From the IMG/VR virus record IMGVR_UViG_3300036945_000847, positions 5,486-69,485 of that record: a stretch of 64,000 bases of DNA. One strand, written 5' to 3'. The notes under the pieces are model-generated. The model saw nothing but the letters and a program-made list of their open reading frames with translations, made no database searches and was not told the DNA's origin. Position numbers and translations under genes: made by a program. This DNA comes from a virus. This document shows, piece by piece, positions 11,401 to 21,023 of the stretch (its first letter is position 1; every line of letters starts with the position of its first letter).

Positions 11401-14400
11401 CCTCCGCTAGCCCTTTTTCTTCGAATGCATCTGCATATGCTTCAACCATCGACATAGCATCGGTGAAATCCATACCCGCTCTCTGCCAAGTTTCGTATAA
11501 ATCATCCGCTACCTTTTTCTTTTTGATTGTGCGAGTATCAACAGTCAATTCATCAAGATAGTCATCGCTGAAGCCTTCCGATTCGATGGCATTCTTTATT
11601 GTGTTGCGATAGTCTGTTCCAAATACTTCTTTCAAATCTTCAGAACTCGCCATATCCATATTGTACATGGTTCTGAAAATCTCGTAGTGTGTGAAACCCT
11701 GATCGAGCAACTCAGAAACTTGTTCAGCCAAAGGCATCATATAGTTAGAGTTGATGAAGGTTTCAATATCTGAGGCCGTATCTCTTTTGGCTTGATTTAA
11801 TTTCTCGATGCTTTCCACTGCCAACTCTGCGTGGGCTTGCTTGTATTTTGCCTCATCTACATATGGCAAACCCAATTGATTCTTGATATCGCTCAAAAGG
11901 TAACCCTTCTTAACGATATTTTTGAGTGCTTCGGCTTCGGTCAAACCAGACATCAAATCAGATTGAAATTCAGGACTGATGTCACTAACATTCAATTGTG
12001 ATTTACTCTTAACATCGGGACTCAAAGCAGCATCTACAGCATTAATAAGTTCTGGATTGGTACCAGTTTCTTTTGCTTTCAGATACGCTCTAGCAACTTG
12101 ATTAGAAACAACTTGTTTTGCATTTTTAACACTTCCATCGAGGTTAAAACCATAAGTCTCATAATCAAAAGGAGTAGTTCTAGGTAAGTCTTTTGCTTTA
12201 TTTTCTTTGTTGATTTGGTCTACTTCTGCTTGAGTCAATACCTTATTGACTTTCATTTCGCCAGATATAATCCAACTTCCGGTCATATTTGAATTTGTCT
12301 TATACTTATAAGAACCACCCAAAGGTACTTGGTCTGTGATGTGAGCAGTTTTTGCAATCGGTTGACCATTCTTGCCAATTTCTGCTCTTTCATTAGCAAT
12401 TGTTTGCCAATCGATATCATTTCCAACTTCTACTTCTGCCCATACTTGATTGGGAGATCTAAATGAAGGAGCCTTATCGTTTTTGTTTACTTTAGATCCA
12501 ATATGCGTAGCAAGAGGTATGTCACCCGAGTGCCAACCTGGTCTGTATGCCAAAGGCCCTAGTGTTGATTTAACCATAGTCTTACCTTCTTTAGTCTGAG
12601 TCAATGCTCCAGCCTTTGCTTGAATCCACTCGCCCGTAGTTATAGATTGATCCGCACCTACAAACAGAGGGAACAATTCACCAGGGAATCCCTTCTTAAC
12701 CTTGAACAATTTGTAAACGGTCTTAGTTTCAGTAGGAACTTTAACATCATTGTTTATTAATTTCTTAAGGTCGTTTAACTTAGCATCTGATACCTTAGTT
12801 GATAAATCTGTAGAAACAGTGCTTACTTCTTTTGGATTCAATTGTGCTTTAGAACTAAGATTAACTTCTCCATCCTCAATACCAAATTGTTCATCAGCAA
12901 TTTTAAAATCCGCAGTTTTCATTGCTTCTCGTCCTTCTATACTAGGCTGAAAACCAATGCCTTTAGCCACATCTGTAGCAACATTTGTAACTTGTTCCTT
13001 TAGAAGACCCATTGGCTGCGCAATGGCTTTTTTAAATTCTATTTTTTTAGCTCCTTTTAAATCTGTATATCTTAATTCGGGAAGTATTTTAGTTTGAAAA
13101 TCAACTTGCGCATTAGGAGGATAATTTTCCTTGATTTTTTCAACGGCTTCTTCCTTGTAACTTGTTTCGTTCTTAAAATTATCACGAACCAACTGATTTA
13201 TTTTGTCATCGGCATAAACTGCTCCTTCAATCGCACCTTTCTTGGGTTTCTTTGATGGAATCAGATTCTCACTTTTGAATTTCTCAGAAACTGCTTTATA
13301 ATCAACCACCGTCTGTGGAACATTAAACCTTGCGAAATTCTTATTAACATCATATAGACCATCCAAAGCGAAATGTTTAGTACCGGGAAGTTTACCATTG
13401 AACAAGGGGTGAACAAATCCTTTGCTTTGCAAATCTTCAATTTCCTTATCCATTTCGGTTTTTTCTTTGATGTTAATTTCAAAACCACCAACAACAAAAC
13501 CACCCTTATCACCGTTTATTATATCATCGCTCAAAAATGTCTTATCACCATACTCTTTCAAAAAACTTTGAGTATTGAATCCGTTGTTTAACAACAGTCT
13601 TTTGATGGTCGGTGCATTTTTATTTACTTGTAAATCTGCTTTGTCTGGAACCAAACCTTGAAGAATCGCTTTGCGAGAATCAAAAGTTGTATCTTTTAAA
13701 AACTCCTTGGTGAATTGATTAACATCAGTATTTGCATCAATAGAATCAACTAACTTAAATAAAGCAGATAATGTATTTCTTTTTCCGGTTCTGCTATCTT
13801 CTTTCTTCAGGTTTCTCATTGTCTCTTTATTGCTGAGAACCCATTCTTTAAATGAATTTTTAGCAGCTAACAATTCTTGAGGATTAGAAGATAACGATTT
13901 CATACCTCTGATGAAATAATGAGACCCATATGAGTTATTTATAGTAGTATAAGGAGGCTGAATCATAACTAAAACAGCTACTTTATTATCACCATAAAAC
14001 TTTCTTATTGCTGTTGTTGTAGCTTTAACGGTAGATGTATCTACAGAAGCAAAACCAACTCCATCTTCTTGATTTTTAGGATGCGTTAAGAAACCAAAAC
14101 CTCCATAAATAGGATTTCCTTCAGAATCAAGTCCATAACCTGTACCATCGCTTGTTATAATAAATAGTCTACCATTATATTCTTTAGCGATATCCTTAAG
14201 TGATTTAACTGGTAAAGCATTTGAAAAACTTTCCCCATTGAAAACTGCACCTTCGTATGAACCCAACTGCGATTTAGAAGTTGTCGATTCAAAATTATCA
14301 TTGGGATTTACAGAAACTGCAACACCAGCATTGAATTCGTCCGCATTTTCAACAAAGTCAGCAATCTCTTCCTGTTTGATTTCTTGTTCCTTAGGGCTTA

Positions 14401-17400
14401 ATTCAGCAATAGGCTGATCAGTATTCAATACATTTGGGTTAACTATGTATAAGTTCTTCTCCTCTTTGTTCTGTAATCCGTTATCTACGAATTCTACTCC
14501 ATCGAAGCCTGCTGTCTTAAGTGCATCTTTGAACTTTTTAATGTCTGAGGCCGAAAGACTAGTTTCACCCATGTTTGGATCGACCAACTCCATGAACATC
14601 AACTCATCTCTGTTGTACTCTGCATTCTGTGGTTTCAAATCCAAATCTTGCATTATCTTCATTGCCTCATCTTCAGTAGCAATGTTGCCAGTAATTTTGA
14701 ATTCGTTTACAGCATTTGGTTGCTCGCCTTGAGGACTTTGTTCTGCATATCTCTGTGCCTCTTCTTTGTTTTGGCTGACAAACAAAACGCCATCTTGACC
14801 CAACTTACCCAAGATATCAGGAGAACCTCCATGATATACAGGCAAGTCTTCAACTTCACCAACTTGTGCTTTAGTACTTACTTCTTTTTGACCTTCTTCG
14901 GTAGGGACTTGAGTTTCTGGTTGGGGTTCTCTTTGGACCACTTCTTCGCCAACTCTGGCTTCTGGCTGTACAGATACTTCACCTGCTGTTTGCTCTTGAA
15001 CGGCATATTTGTTTAATTTTTTGTTTAACTTACCTGACTTGATAGAATCGGACAAAGAGTTGAAGAAATCAGAAACCTCAACCACATCCGCAATGTCTTT
15101 AAATGGCACAACAGTACCGAAAGTAATTTTAGATACAAACTGATTAATAAGGGCAGCAATCTTCTGCATGAGTGTTGTATCTACCTTGATGTTTTCGTTT
15201 GCCATCAATGCAGTCAACTGCGCAATATACTCCTCACCAATCTCTATACTTTTGTATTGCTTAACGAAATCATTTAACAATTTATTGTCGGAGTCCTTTA
15301 CCAGAGCGGAAAGACGATCTTTGAAATCTGTAAACAATTCAACATCCTCACCAAACACTTTTAACAATGCAGCGTGAGTTACCTCGTGAGCAATCGTAGT
15401 TTCGTTCGCCTTATCTAGGTTGACTTGGATTTCTACAGAGTATGTTCCATCTTGATTTTGTACATAAGCGAAATTACCGAATGACTCTTTCTTACCTTTA
15501 ACATTTTTCATTTTGTCTTGGTATGATTCATCGGTATGTAGAACAATCTTAACGCCAGGCATAATGGTATCCAATACTTTCTGTGCGTTCTTGGCTTCTT
15601 GAACACGAGAATCCAACTCTGCTTGATCACGAGTGCTAGAACTCAACAAATTATTCAACTCATCTTGATTCTCAACAGTAGCCGCATTCAGATTTGTTCC
15701 AGAACTATAAGCCTTAACTTCTTTAGAACCTTTCTTTTCAGCCAAGCCCTTGGTCATTTCTTGAACTGTAGCATTGATATCAGTATCCTTGGTACTTACT
15801 TTAACCAAACCCGTTTCAATGGCTTCTTTATTTCGTTCGATGATTTGAGTTGCTCTCTGCTTATCGGTAACATATTTGAAACCTCCTTTATTCTCGAATA
15901 CTACAAAATCAACATCTTTACCACCAACAAGGTCTTTCATTGTATTCTTCACAGACTCAATCTTACCTTGTACAAAGTCACGAAGTACATTACCTTCGGG
16001 AATAGCCTCTAGATTCTTTTCTAGCTCCTTCTGCTGACCCATAAGGTCAACATAGTACTTACTCTTGTTTTCGTCCTTTATGACGCTCTTGGCGCTTGGA
16101 TACGTTGTTGCAATATCACGTACTCCTTGAGCAATCATTTGGAATTCGCCTGCCTCAATCTGACCAGATTGCAATAGATATTCTGGAATGGCTTGAGCAG
16201 CGTTTGGTCCTATAACATCAATTGCACTAGCAATCATTTGGTCGAGACCTCTCGGACCTATAAATTGTTTGAAAGCATCAATTCTTTTTTCTCTTTGGAC
16301 AGATTCATATCTAGATTTTACTACACCTGCTCCAGACATAACTGCAACACTAGGTAAAATTTCCAAAGCCAATGTTGGTCCTTCTGCCTGAGCATACTCT
16401 GCAAAGGTTGCATCTTTATATTTTGGGTCGTTATTTAATTTAGCCGCAGTATAATTCTGTACCAATTCCGTTACCAATTCGGGAGCATATTCAACCAATG
16501 CTAATTTACCTACATCTTGTGCTACTGCCTTTGCGCTTATACCTCTTGCTGTACTGAAGAATTTTCCAGTAAATGGCATAAATTGTACTGCGTACAACGG
16601 AACCATTTGAGTTTGTATTTTTAATGTCTCCGCTGCTGATTTGCGAGCTTCTATTTCTGAGCCCGTTGCCTCAAATTTATCTTTGTAGTTTTGTCCTACT
16701 TGATCAACAGTATCTTGAGCCCAAGAAACCATTCCACCAATGTATGGATTTGCTGTAAGCACACCAGCAGAAATACCAGTTGCTAAGTTTGGAACTTGGT
16801 CCAAAATAGAACTTAGAGCAGCCTCAGTAGACTCAGAAAAACCCTCAGCATCGGCAAAAGTAAGATTTGACTTCTTATTGTTTACCTCTACATACTTGAC
16901 ATACTTAAGCATATCAGCCAAAGGATTATTTTCATAACCCACTGTGGCGTTAAGTGCTTCAATAGCATTGTCAAATGTTCTTGCTGTTGCAGCTTGTATT
17001 CTATCTCCGGCCCATTCGACCAAAGCACCCGTTTTGAAATCTGCCTCCGACAATCTATTCGCCAAACTCTGAGAACTAAGTCTTTGTGCATCTCTACCAT
17101 CCATAAACTCTTTGTATGCATCTTGATGCATCTGAGTCAACTTCTCAACGGCTGCAAACGACACCTTACCATCCTTGACGGTCGCATCATACTTAGCATA
17201 TAACTTATCTAATTCTGCCTTCTTAGTCTTTTCAATTTCGGCTTTTTTAATTCTGAAATTTTCTTCTGCTCTAGTGACAAGATTGTTTCTCAATTCAATC
17301 CCCTCTGTGGTTGCATCTGAGACCATTCTCGTGTAAACCTCAGAGTCTGCAATCAATTCAGCCTCAGACAAATAACCACCAGTCTTAGAACGAGTTTCAA

Positions 17401-18724
17401 TTTCCTTGGCGAAATTTTCCAATTCAATTTTCTTATTCGTGCTGAAATCTGATATTTCCTTTGTGATATTTTCTATTGATGCATTTTGATATTCTTGCAA
17501 ATTGCTAAAACCATAGTTGGCCAACTTACGAACTTCCAAATCAAACTCTTGCGGAATCTTCGTATAGTCAGTTACAGTCTTATTTTGCTTCGCTAATTTA
17601 TCATTAAATACTTTTTCTTGACCTTCGCTAATCAATCTGTTCTCCGCCTCTTGCTGTACCAATCTAGTCAATCTGCGAGTAACAGTAGGTTGCAATTGCT
17701 CGGGCACTCCGCCCATCGCACTACGAACATACTTTTCAACTTGATTGGAAACCTTAATCGGATCAACTTCAACAACCCCATCGTCATTACTAAACAAAAA
17801 TCCTCCAGGTTGTTTGTTATTGGTAGTTGGCTGAATCCAAACACCATCAGTAATTAGATTTTTTGCATCTTTTGATAATTCCGCATCTAATTTTTGATTA
17901 GCAATTTGTTCTTCCTCGGCAGTTTTAACGGGTCTATTTTCAAACGCAAAATAAGAATTAAACACCTTATCTCTTTCATTCCCTGGAAGATTTGCGCTTT
18001 TAACTACGCTCGGAGCCTTTGGCTTGACCTTTAAACTCTCTGGAGTAAAGCCAGTAGCACTAGTAATTGTGATTCCTGAGTCCCTTAAAGATTTTTGTAC
18101 ATCCGGTTTATCAAAAAGATTCTTACTTTTAGTATAAATATTTTTGCCAAATGAGTCATTGATTTGCTTGATTTGTTCATTGAAATAACCTTTTTCTTTT
18201 AATTCCTTATACTTCGGATCGACAATCAAACGCTGAAAATCCGACAATGCCCTAAACGAGCCCTTGTCTATTTCTCCCTTAAATTCGTTCAGCTTCTGAA
18301 CATACATATCGCTCATCTGCTTATCCTTAGGATTAACAGCGGGCGGCTTTACGGGAGGAGCAAGGTTAGATTGAAATGATTTACCATAAACAGGTACTTC
18401 TGGCATTACATCACCGTAAACGCCAGCCATATTAATACCTTGTGCTTCTGCTCCTTCGGGAGTTACAACTTGATTGTCTTGCGGAATTCCCACCTCTGAG
18501 GCAGTCTCATTCCCAACCGATTGCAAATTCGATAAAGAATCGCCTTCTTCTTTTTTTTTTAAGAACGATGTTGCATTTTCAACACCATACTGAATCTTCA
18601 TGTCCTCATCTGCATCAGGAGATTTTGCTAGATAATCTTCAAAATCTTTCTTAGTTGTAAATGTGTTATTAAATCTGTAATCAGATTTTAATTCATCGTA
18701 GAGTTCTTCGAAGTTATTGGCCAT
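8411..18724 (-). CDS. giant polyvalent ejected (cargo) protein with zincin metallopeptidase and ADP-ribosyltransferase-like modules
   Basis: 3437 aa; HExxH (TIAHEVTHA); PVYHGG..LFVS..AQRYA..GFDGVEF ART-like pattern; LAYRPGWH domain; position downstream of tail genes. Confidence 0.7.
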   Translation of the reverse strand: MANNFEELYDELKSDYRFNNTFTTKKDFEDYLAKSPDADEDMKIQYGVENATSFLKKKEEGDSLSNLQSVGNETASEVGIPQDNQVVTPEGAEAQGINMAGVYGDVMPEVPVYGKSFQSNLAPPVKPPAVNPKDKQMSDMYVQKLNEFKGEIDKGSFRALSDFQRLIVDPKYKELKEKGYFNEQIKQINDSFGKNIYTKSKNLFDKPDVQKSLRDSGITITSATGFTPESLKVKPKAPSVVKSANLPGNERDKVFNSYFAFENRPVKTAEEEQIANQKLDAELSKDAKNLITDGVWIQPTTNNKQPGGFLFSNDDGVVEVDPIKVSNQVEKYVRSAMGGVPEQLQPTVTRRLTRLVQQEAENRLISEGQEKVFNDKLAKQNKTVTDYTKIPQEFDLEVRKLANYGFSNLQEYQNASIENITKEISDFSTNKKIELENFAKEIETRSKTGGYLSEAELIADSEVYTRMVSDATTEGIELRNNLVTRAEENFRIKKAEIEKTKKAELDKLYAKYDATVKDGKVSFAAVEKLTQMHQDAYKEFMDGRDAQRLSSQSLANRLSEADFKTGALVEWAGDRIQAATARTFDNAIEALNATVGYENNPLADMLKYVKYVEVNNKKSNLTFADAEGFSESTEAALSSILDQVPNLATGISAGVLTANPYIGGMVSWAQDTVDQVGQNYKDKFEATGSEIEARKSAAETLKIQTQMVPLYAVQFMPFTGKFFSTARGISAKAVAQDVGKLALVEYAPELVTELVQNYTAAKLNNDPKYKDATFAEYAQAEGPTLALEILPSVAVMSGAGVVKSRYESVQREKRIDAFKQFIGPRGLDQMIASAIDVIGPNAAQAIPEYLLQSGQIEAGEFQMIAQGVRDIATTYPSAKSVIKDENKSKYYVDLMGQQKELEKNLEAIPEGNVLRDFVQGKIESVKNTMKDLVGGKDVDFVVFENKGGFKYVTDKQRATQIIERNKEAIETGLVKVSTKDTDINATVQEMTKGLAEKKGSKEVKAYSSGTNLNAATVENQDELNNLLSSSTRDQAELDSRVQEAKNAQKVLDTIMPGVKIVLHTDESYQDKMKNVKGKKESFGNFAYVQNQDGTYSVEIQVNLDKANETTIAHEVTHAALLKVFGEDVELFTDFKDRLSALVKDSDNKLLNDFVKQYKSIEIGEEYIAQLTALMANENIKVDTTLMQKIAALINQFVSKITFGTVVPFKDIADVVEVSDFFNSLSDSIKSGKLNKKLNKYAVQEQTAGEVSVQPEARVGEEVVQREPQPETQVPTEEGQKEVSTKAQVGEVEDLPVYHGGSPDILGKLGQDGVLFVSQNKEEAQRYAEQSPQGEQPNAVNEFKITGNIATEDEAMKIMQDLDLKPQNAEYNRDELMFMELVDPNMGETSLSASDIKKFKDALKTAGFDGVEFVDNGLQNKEEKNLYIVNPNVLNTDQPIAELSPKEQEIKQEEIADFVENADEFNAGVAVSVNPNDNFESTTSKSQLGSYEGAVFNGESFSNALPVKSLKDIAKEYNGRLFIITSDGTGYGLDSEGNPIYGGFGFLTHPKNQEDGVGFASVDTSTVKATTTAIRKFYGDNKVAVLVMIQPPYTTINNSYGSHYFIRGMKSLSSNPQELLAAKNSFKEWVLSNKETMRNLKKEDSRTGKRNTLSALFKLVDSIDANTDVNQFTKEFLKDTTFDSRKAILQGLVPDKADLQVNKNAPTIKRLLLNNGFNTQSFLKEYGDKTFLSDDIINGDKGGFVVGGFEINIKEKTEMDKEIEDLQSKGFVHPLFNGKLPGTKHFALDGLYDVNKNFARFNVPQTVVDYKAVSEKFKSENLIPSKKPKKGAIEGAVYADDKINQLVRDNFKNETSYKEEAVEKIKENYPPNAQVDFQTKILPELRYTDLKGAKKIEFKKAIAQPMGLLKEQVTNVATDVAKGIGFQPSIEGREAMKTADFKIADEQFGIEDGEVNLSSKAQLNPKEVSTVSTDLSTKVSDAKLNDLKKLINNDVKVPTETKTVYKLFKVKKGFPGELFPLFVGADQSITTGEWIQAKAGALTQTKEGKTMVKSTLGPLAYRPGWHSGDIPLATHIGSKVNKNDKAPSFRSPNQVWAEVEVGNDIDWQTIANERAEIGKNGQPIAKTAHITDQVPLGGSYKYKTNSNMTGSWIISGEMKVNKVLTQAEVDQINKENKAKDLPRTTPFDYETYGFNLDGSVKNAKQVVSNQVARAYLKAKETGTNPELINAVDAALSPDVKSKSQLNVSDISPEFQSDLMSGLTEAEALKNIVKKGYLLSDIKNQLGLPYVDEAKYKQAHAELAVESIEKLNQAKRDTASDIETFINSNYMMPLAEQVSELLDQGFTHYEIFRTMYNMDMASSEDLKEVFGTDYRNTIKNAIESEGFSDDYLDELTVDTRTIKKKKVADDLYETWQRAGMDFTDAMSMVEAYADAFEEKGLAEAAVAMRKELEGVTTQEELRDGLVTFSALLSNAGFMLQLGRNLFPKKMGSMIAKSLERAGIALTEKQKAELERLTTQLNQSKDALDAAAATFVESFSDQDYDAAKKAEKELRNSARGLMKFLDNFKPKFWNDRLTSGGSRALLGIQTVGLSILSNVENALFNQNFIVAGTRKAYDAAIGGVKSDTLSLTNWANAVAISKDKTLADMAEMLKYGFESDPNYIEKFYDGLAQVNFFKDTHLAYKMLGSIFGKVDGKKLWEMTDEEYADAFNQIIYKTKNGDLKLADGKTYKLLTSLFWGWTLAPQATEVTGRLMSLGGDKAFANSYTTRALIDYFKNTANGDATGGFIEDYIADRDLTLDRNTLKKLLSIVDFGLEGDNPFEKEGLKKVFLGDNMFAKGVGSIRKNIRGGIKETYREIQRNDKFDLMTSLKFRALQTADVVAWSVVPFAKVPANVVYVATQKSFPPAALTIYYGSQRAYDKKQNEFDKKYPKAVKKFATEAQKKAYEKDKMELVKLKRQVTYDFAQIEVSFGVAAFATTAVLAGAVIASSEPGEEKDKLYPAANLKAGTYNRTIHMEYLKAVLSGKPVDNFAIRRGGAVKPGDQINSFGNMGISGYALGSYSSAYGAYRGELMESKNKLKAISYGLGGLLFGELLTSGAKQLPMLQGTTRIYQAFTDEKGYKFSNWASGTTAASLSVFSPSVLSVISKGNAELIQSLSQLQPQYEPSMQKGVYGVLPNSVGKIFANTIQKLNRNVSFLAKNEYYEAQIGPFGEEMQYRTTTSEPGTAQAYLETMVNPFSSRVYKGGFTLTTKQVEEQKELYRRSMNIHTTLVNLALAYAELTGSEYVYEVDGEKMNLLKLVTDAKKNEFTFSSEDTRQQQSVSQIRQKYSATYSLPLAMYREELKKRGLQKFYAMQEVSNAVDNGVIGKVQSYIRNGDLLLAQEEIENFFSLYSEARSAANLDYENDYKNRERFLLMEMKRKGVLNEGDYEKLIGIGGK
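14878..15006 (-). CDS. 42-aa basic protein overprinted in an alternative frame of the giant gene (MPFKSKQQVKYLYSQKPELAKKWSKENPNQKLKSLPKKVKKK)
   Basis: Hand translation; A-rich initiation region AAACAAAAAATTAAACAAAT before the ATG; resembles small MPFKS..Q...L....PE.AKKW phage proteins. Confidence 0.65.
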   Translation of the reverse strand: MPFKSKQQVKYLYSQKPELAKKWSKENPNQKLKSLPKKVKKK

Positions 18725-20258
18725 TTAGATATAGGTTATTTATATAATCGTTAATTTCTTGATATTTATTTTCGTCAATCAATTTCTTCAATGCGGGATC
18801 TGCTTTGAGTTTTTGATTAAATAGAGTTGTGGCCTTGGCAGCATCATTCTTTTGCGCTTGTATATTTTCATCAACAATACCAGCCTCTTGCTTATTTCCA
18901 ATTAGACCGCTAGATGAGAAATTTCTTGCGGGAATATAGTAATATTGTCCGGGCTTTCCAAACATAACGAACGGAGCAACGCCTAATATATACTTACTGG
19001 ATACCTTTGCTCCTTTTTGAATAGGATAAGTTCTAGTCACTCCATTTTCTGTCACTTGACCATATGGAAGAACGACAGATTGAATTACCTTCTTATCACT
19101 CAATACAGCACCACTAGCAGCAGTACCATCGGCATTGGATGTTTGACCAGTCACAACACCGCTGTAACCATCCGCTGGCAACCCATATTCATCATGGGTA
19201 TAATATTCAATTTCAGCACCGCTAGGTTCTTTACCCAACTTAAGAATATTCTTAGTTTTGGTTCTGCTCATAACGCTTTGCTTTTCGGAGTCCCCAAAAT
19301 TAAATACACTGCGTCCTTTGACAGTACTTGTCTTGACTGTAGGGTTTGAATATTCTTCTAAGTACTTCAACAAGTACTCATTCAACTTGCCTTGGTCTTC
19401 TGGAGTATAATAACCAGTATTAGGATCAACTTCAAAACCTAAATTCTTAGAATCTACCAACTGAACCATCGCCTCTGGTCTTTGAGTGATATAAGCCAAA
19501 GAAATATCTTCTAGAGATCTTGGTCTACCATCAGGATACAACTGAGGATTATCTTCATATGCTTTTTGAGCGGATGCTATACGAACAGGTCTTTGTTGAA
19601 CCATTGTTGTTTTTACACCACCTTCTCCAATAGGAGTATTGTAAGAAGAAGCAATTGTTTTGTCTAATTTGTTTGCATCGGTCTCAAGTTCGTTCTCCAC
19701 GGGAATAACAGATGCACCTCTGTACTTAGGAATACCATCTTCATTGATTTGAAAAAATGGGTCATTCTTAATTCCTTTCTTTGCCAAATTTCCTTGAAGT
19801 TCACTATGCGATGTTGCCTTTCCATTTTCAACAAGATAGTTCTTGAAGTTTTTAGTAAAGTAAACTTTGTTCTTATCTAAACTTTGAGTCTGAGCATCAA
19901 ATTTATTATACTCATCGCTCAGAGATTTATATTTTACTAATTCCAAATCGAACTCATTAGCCAATTTATAACCTTCGTTAACCCAAGATGGATTACCGCT
20001 TGTTTTAAGTTTATGCAATCTATCGATATACTCACTAGCAGTTTTAATCAAGTCTGGAGCAACCAAACGATTATAACTACCATCTATTTTGAAATTCTTT
20101 TCTAATTCTTTTGCAGCATTCGCAGCAGCAACATCGGCTTTTGCCGCACGTGCCTTATCTGCTTGAGCCGCTTGAAACGCAAGTCTACCTACTCTCTGAG
20201 CACTATCTAGTTTACCTTGCAGTGCTATTCCTTGACCTAATGTTGAGGGTGTTGCCAT
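18714..20258 (-). CDS. ejected cargo / internal virion protein
   Basis: 514 aa, helical Ala/Lys-rich N-terminus, between pilot-like gene and giant gene. Confidence 0.5.
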   Translation of the reverse strand: MATPSTLGQGIALQGKLDSAQRVGRLAFQAAQADKARAAKADVAAANAAKELEKNFKIDGSYNRLVAPDLIKTASEYIDRLHKLKTSGNPSWVNEGYKLANEFDLELVKYKSLSDEYNKFDAQTQSLDKNKVYFTKNFKNYLVENGKATSHSELQGNLAKKGIKNDPFFQINEDGIPKYRGASVIPVENELETDANKLDKTIASSYNTPIGEGGVKTTMVQQRPVRIASAQKAYEDNPQLYPDGRPRSLEDISLAYITQRPEAMVQLVDSKNLGFEVDPNTGYYTPEDQGKLNEYLLKYLEEYSNPTVKTSTVKGRSVFNFGDSEKQSVMSRTKTKNILKLGKEPSGAEIEYYTHDEYGLPADGYSGVVTGQTSNADGTAASGAVLSDKKVIQSVVLPYGQVTENGVTRTYPIQKGAKVSSKYILGVAPFVMFGKPGQYYYIPARNFSSSGLIGNKQEAGIVDENIQAQKNDAAKATTLFNQKLKADPALKKLIDENKYQEINDYINNLYLNGQ

Positions 20259-20260
20259 TT

Positions 20261-21001
20261 TTATCTTAATTTAGGAGTAAAGCCCAATCCGGCTGGTTTA
20301 CCTCCTAGTGAATAGTTAGGTATTCCACCAGTTGAAGTGTATTGACTCGGAGTCCCAAACTTTCTATAAAGTGATAAAGGATTAGCGAATGGATTAACTG
20401 CGCTAGGTTCTCCAGCGGTCATGCCATTGACATCTCTATAAGCCTGTCTGTCTTTTTCTGCATTTTCCATGCTCATTTTCGATGTAGTATAACCTTCCAA
20501 AGCGCCCATTCCGCTATAAACAGCATCTTGAACTCCTTGACCAAATGCTTGCTGTCTTCTGTTGTAATCACTTATATCTTCGGCCACTTGTCTTTGCTGC
20601 AAACCACTGAGTTGCTGATTGGCACCCATTCTGATTGCTTGACCTCTTTCAGAAGCGGCTTGGCTTTGCGCTGCCAATCCCATACCAAACTGTGCATTGC
20701 TTGATGCACCCATTCTAGATATCGCACTTGACAATTGCCCTCCAGATGTATCTGTAGCTGCACGATAACTACCCGCTCTTGCTTGACCAAAACCTTCTTT
20801 TGCCGTGGCCAAAGCAATTGGAGACAACCCCCTTCTTTCTTGAGCTAATCCCAACTGCCTATTTTCTTGAATTGGGGCAGCAGCATCTATGTATTCAGCT
20901 TTCCTCTCACCCTTCATTCCCATCAATCCTTGGGCGCTCTTAATACCTCGATAGATAGAGGTTCCCAATTGTACTCCGGCTAGTATTGCTGGTAATGCCA
21001 T
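20261..21001 (-). CDS. DNA pilot-like / ejected protein
   Basis: Gly/Ala/Gln-rich with hydrophobic N-terminus (MALPAILAGVQLG), typical of podovirus ejection proteins. Confidence 0.55.
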   Translation of the reverse strand: MALPAILAGVQLGTSIYRGIKSAQGLMGMKGERKAEYIDAAAPIQENRQLGLAQERRGLSPIALATAKEGFGQARAGSYRAATDTSGGQLSSAISRMGASSNAQFGMGLAAQSQAASERGQAIRMGANQQLSGLQQRQVAEDISDYNRRQQAFGQGVQDAVYSGMGALEGYTTSKMSMENAEKDRQAYRDVNGMTAGEPSAVNPFANPLSLYRKFGTPSQYTSTGGIPNYSLGGKPAGLGFTPKLR

Positions 21002-21023
21002 ATATTACAAATTTAGTTTATTT

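Noticed and set aside
8411-18724. crAss-type virion RNA polymerase in the giant ORF
   Set aside because: The only DxDxD seen (SDQDYD) lies in a helical, coiled-coil-like context with no surrounding double-psi beta-barrel motifs; the recognisable modules are peptidase- and ART-like.
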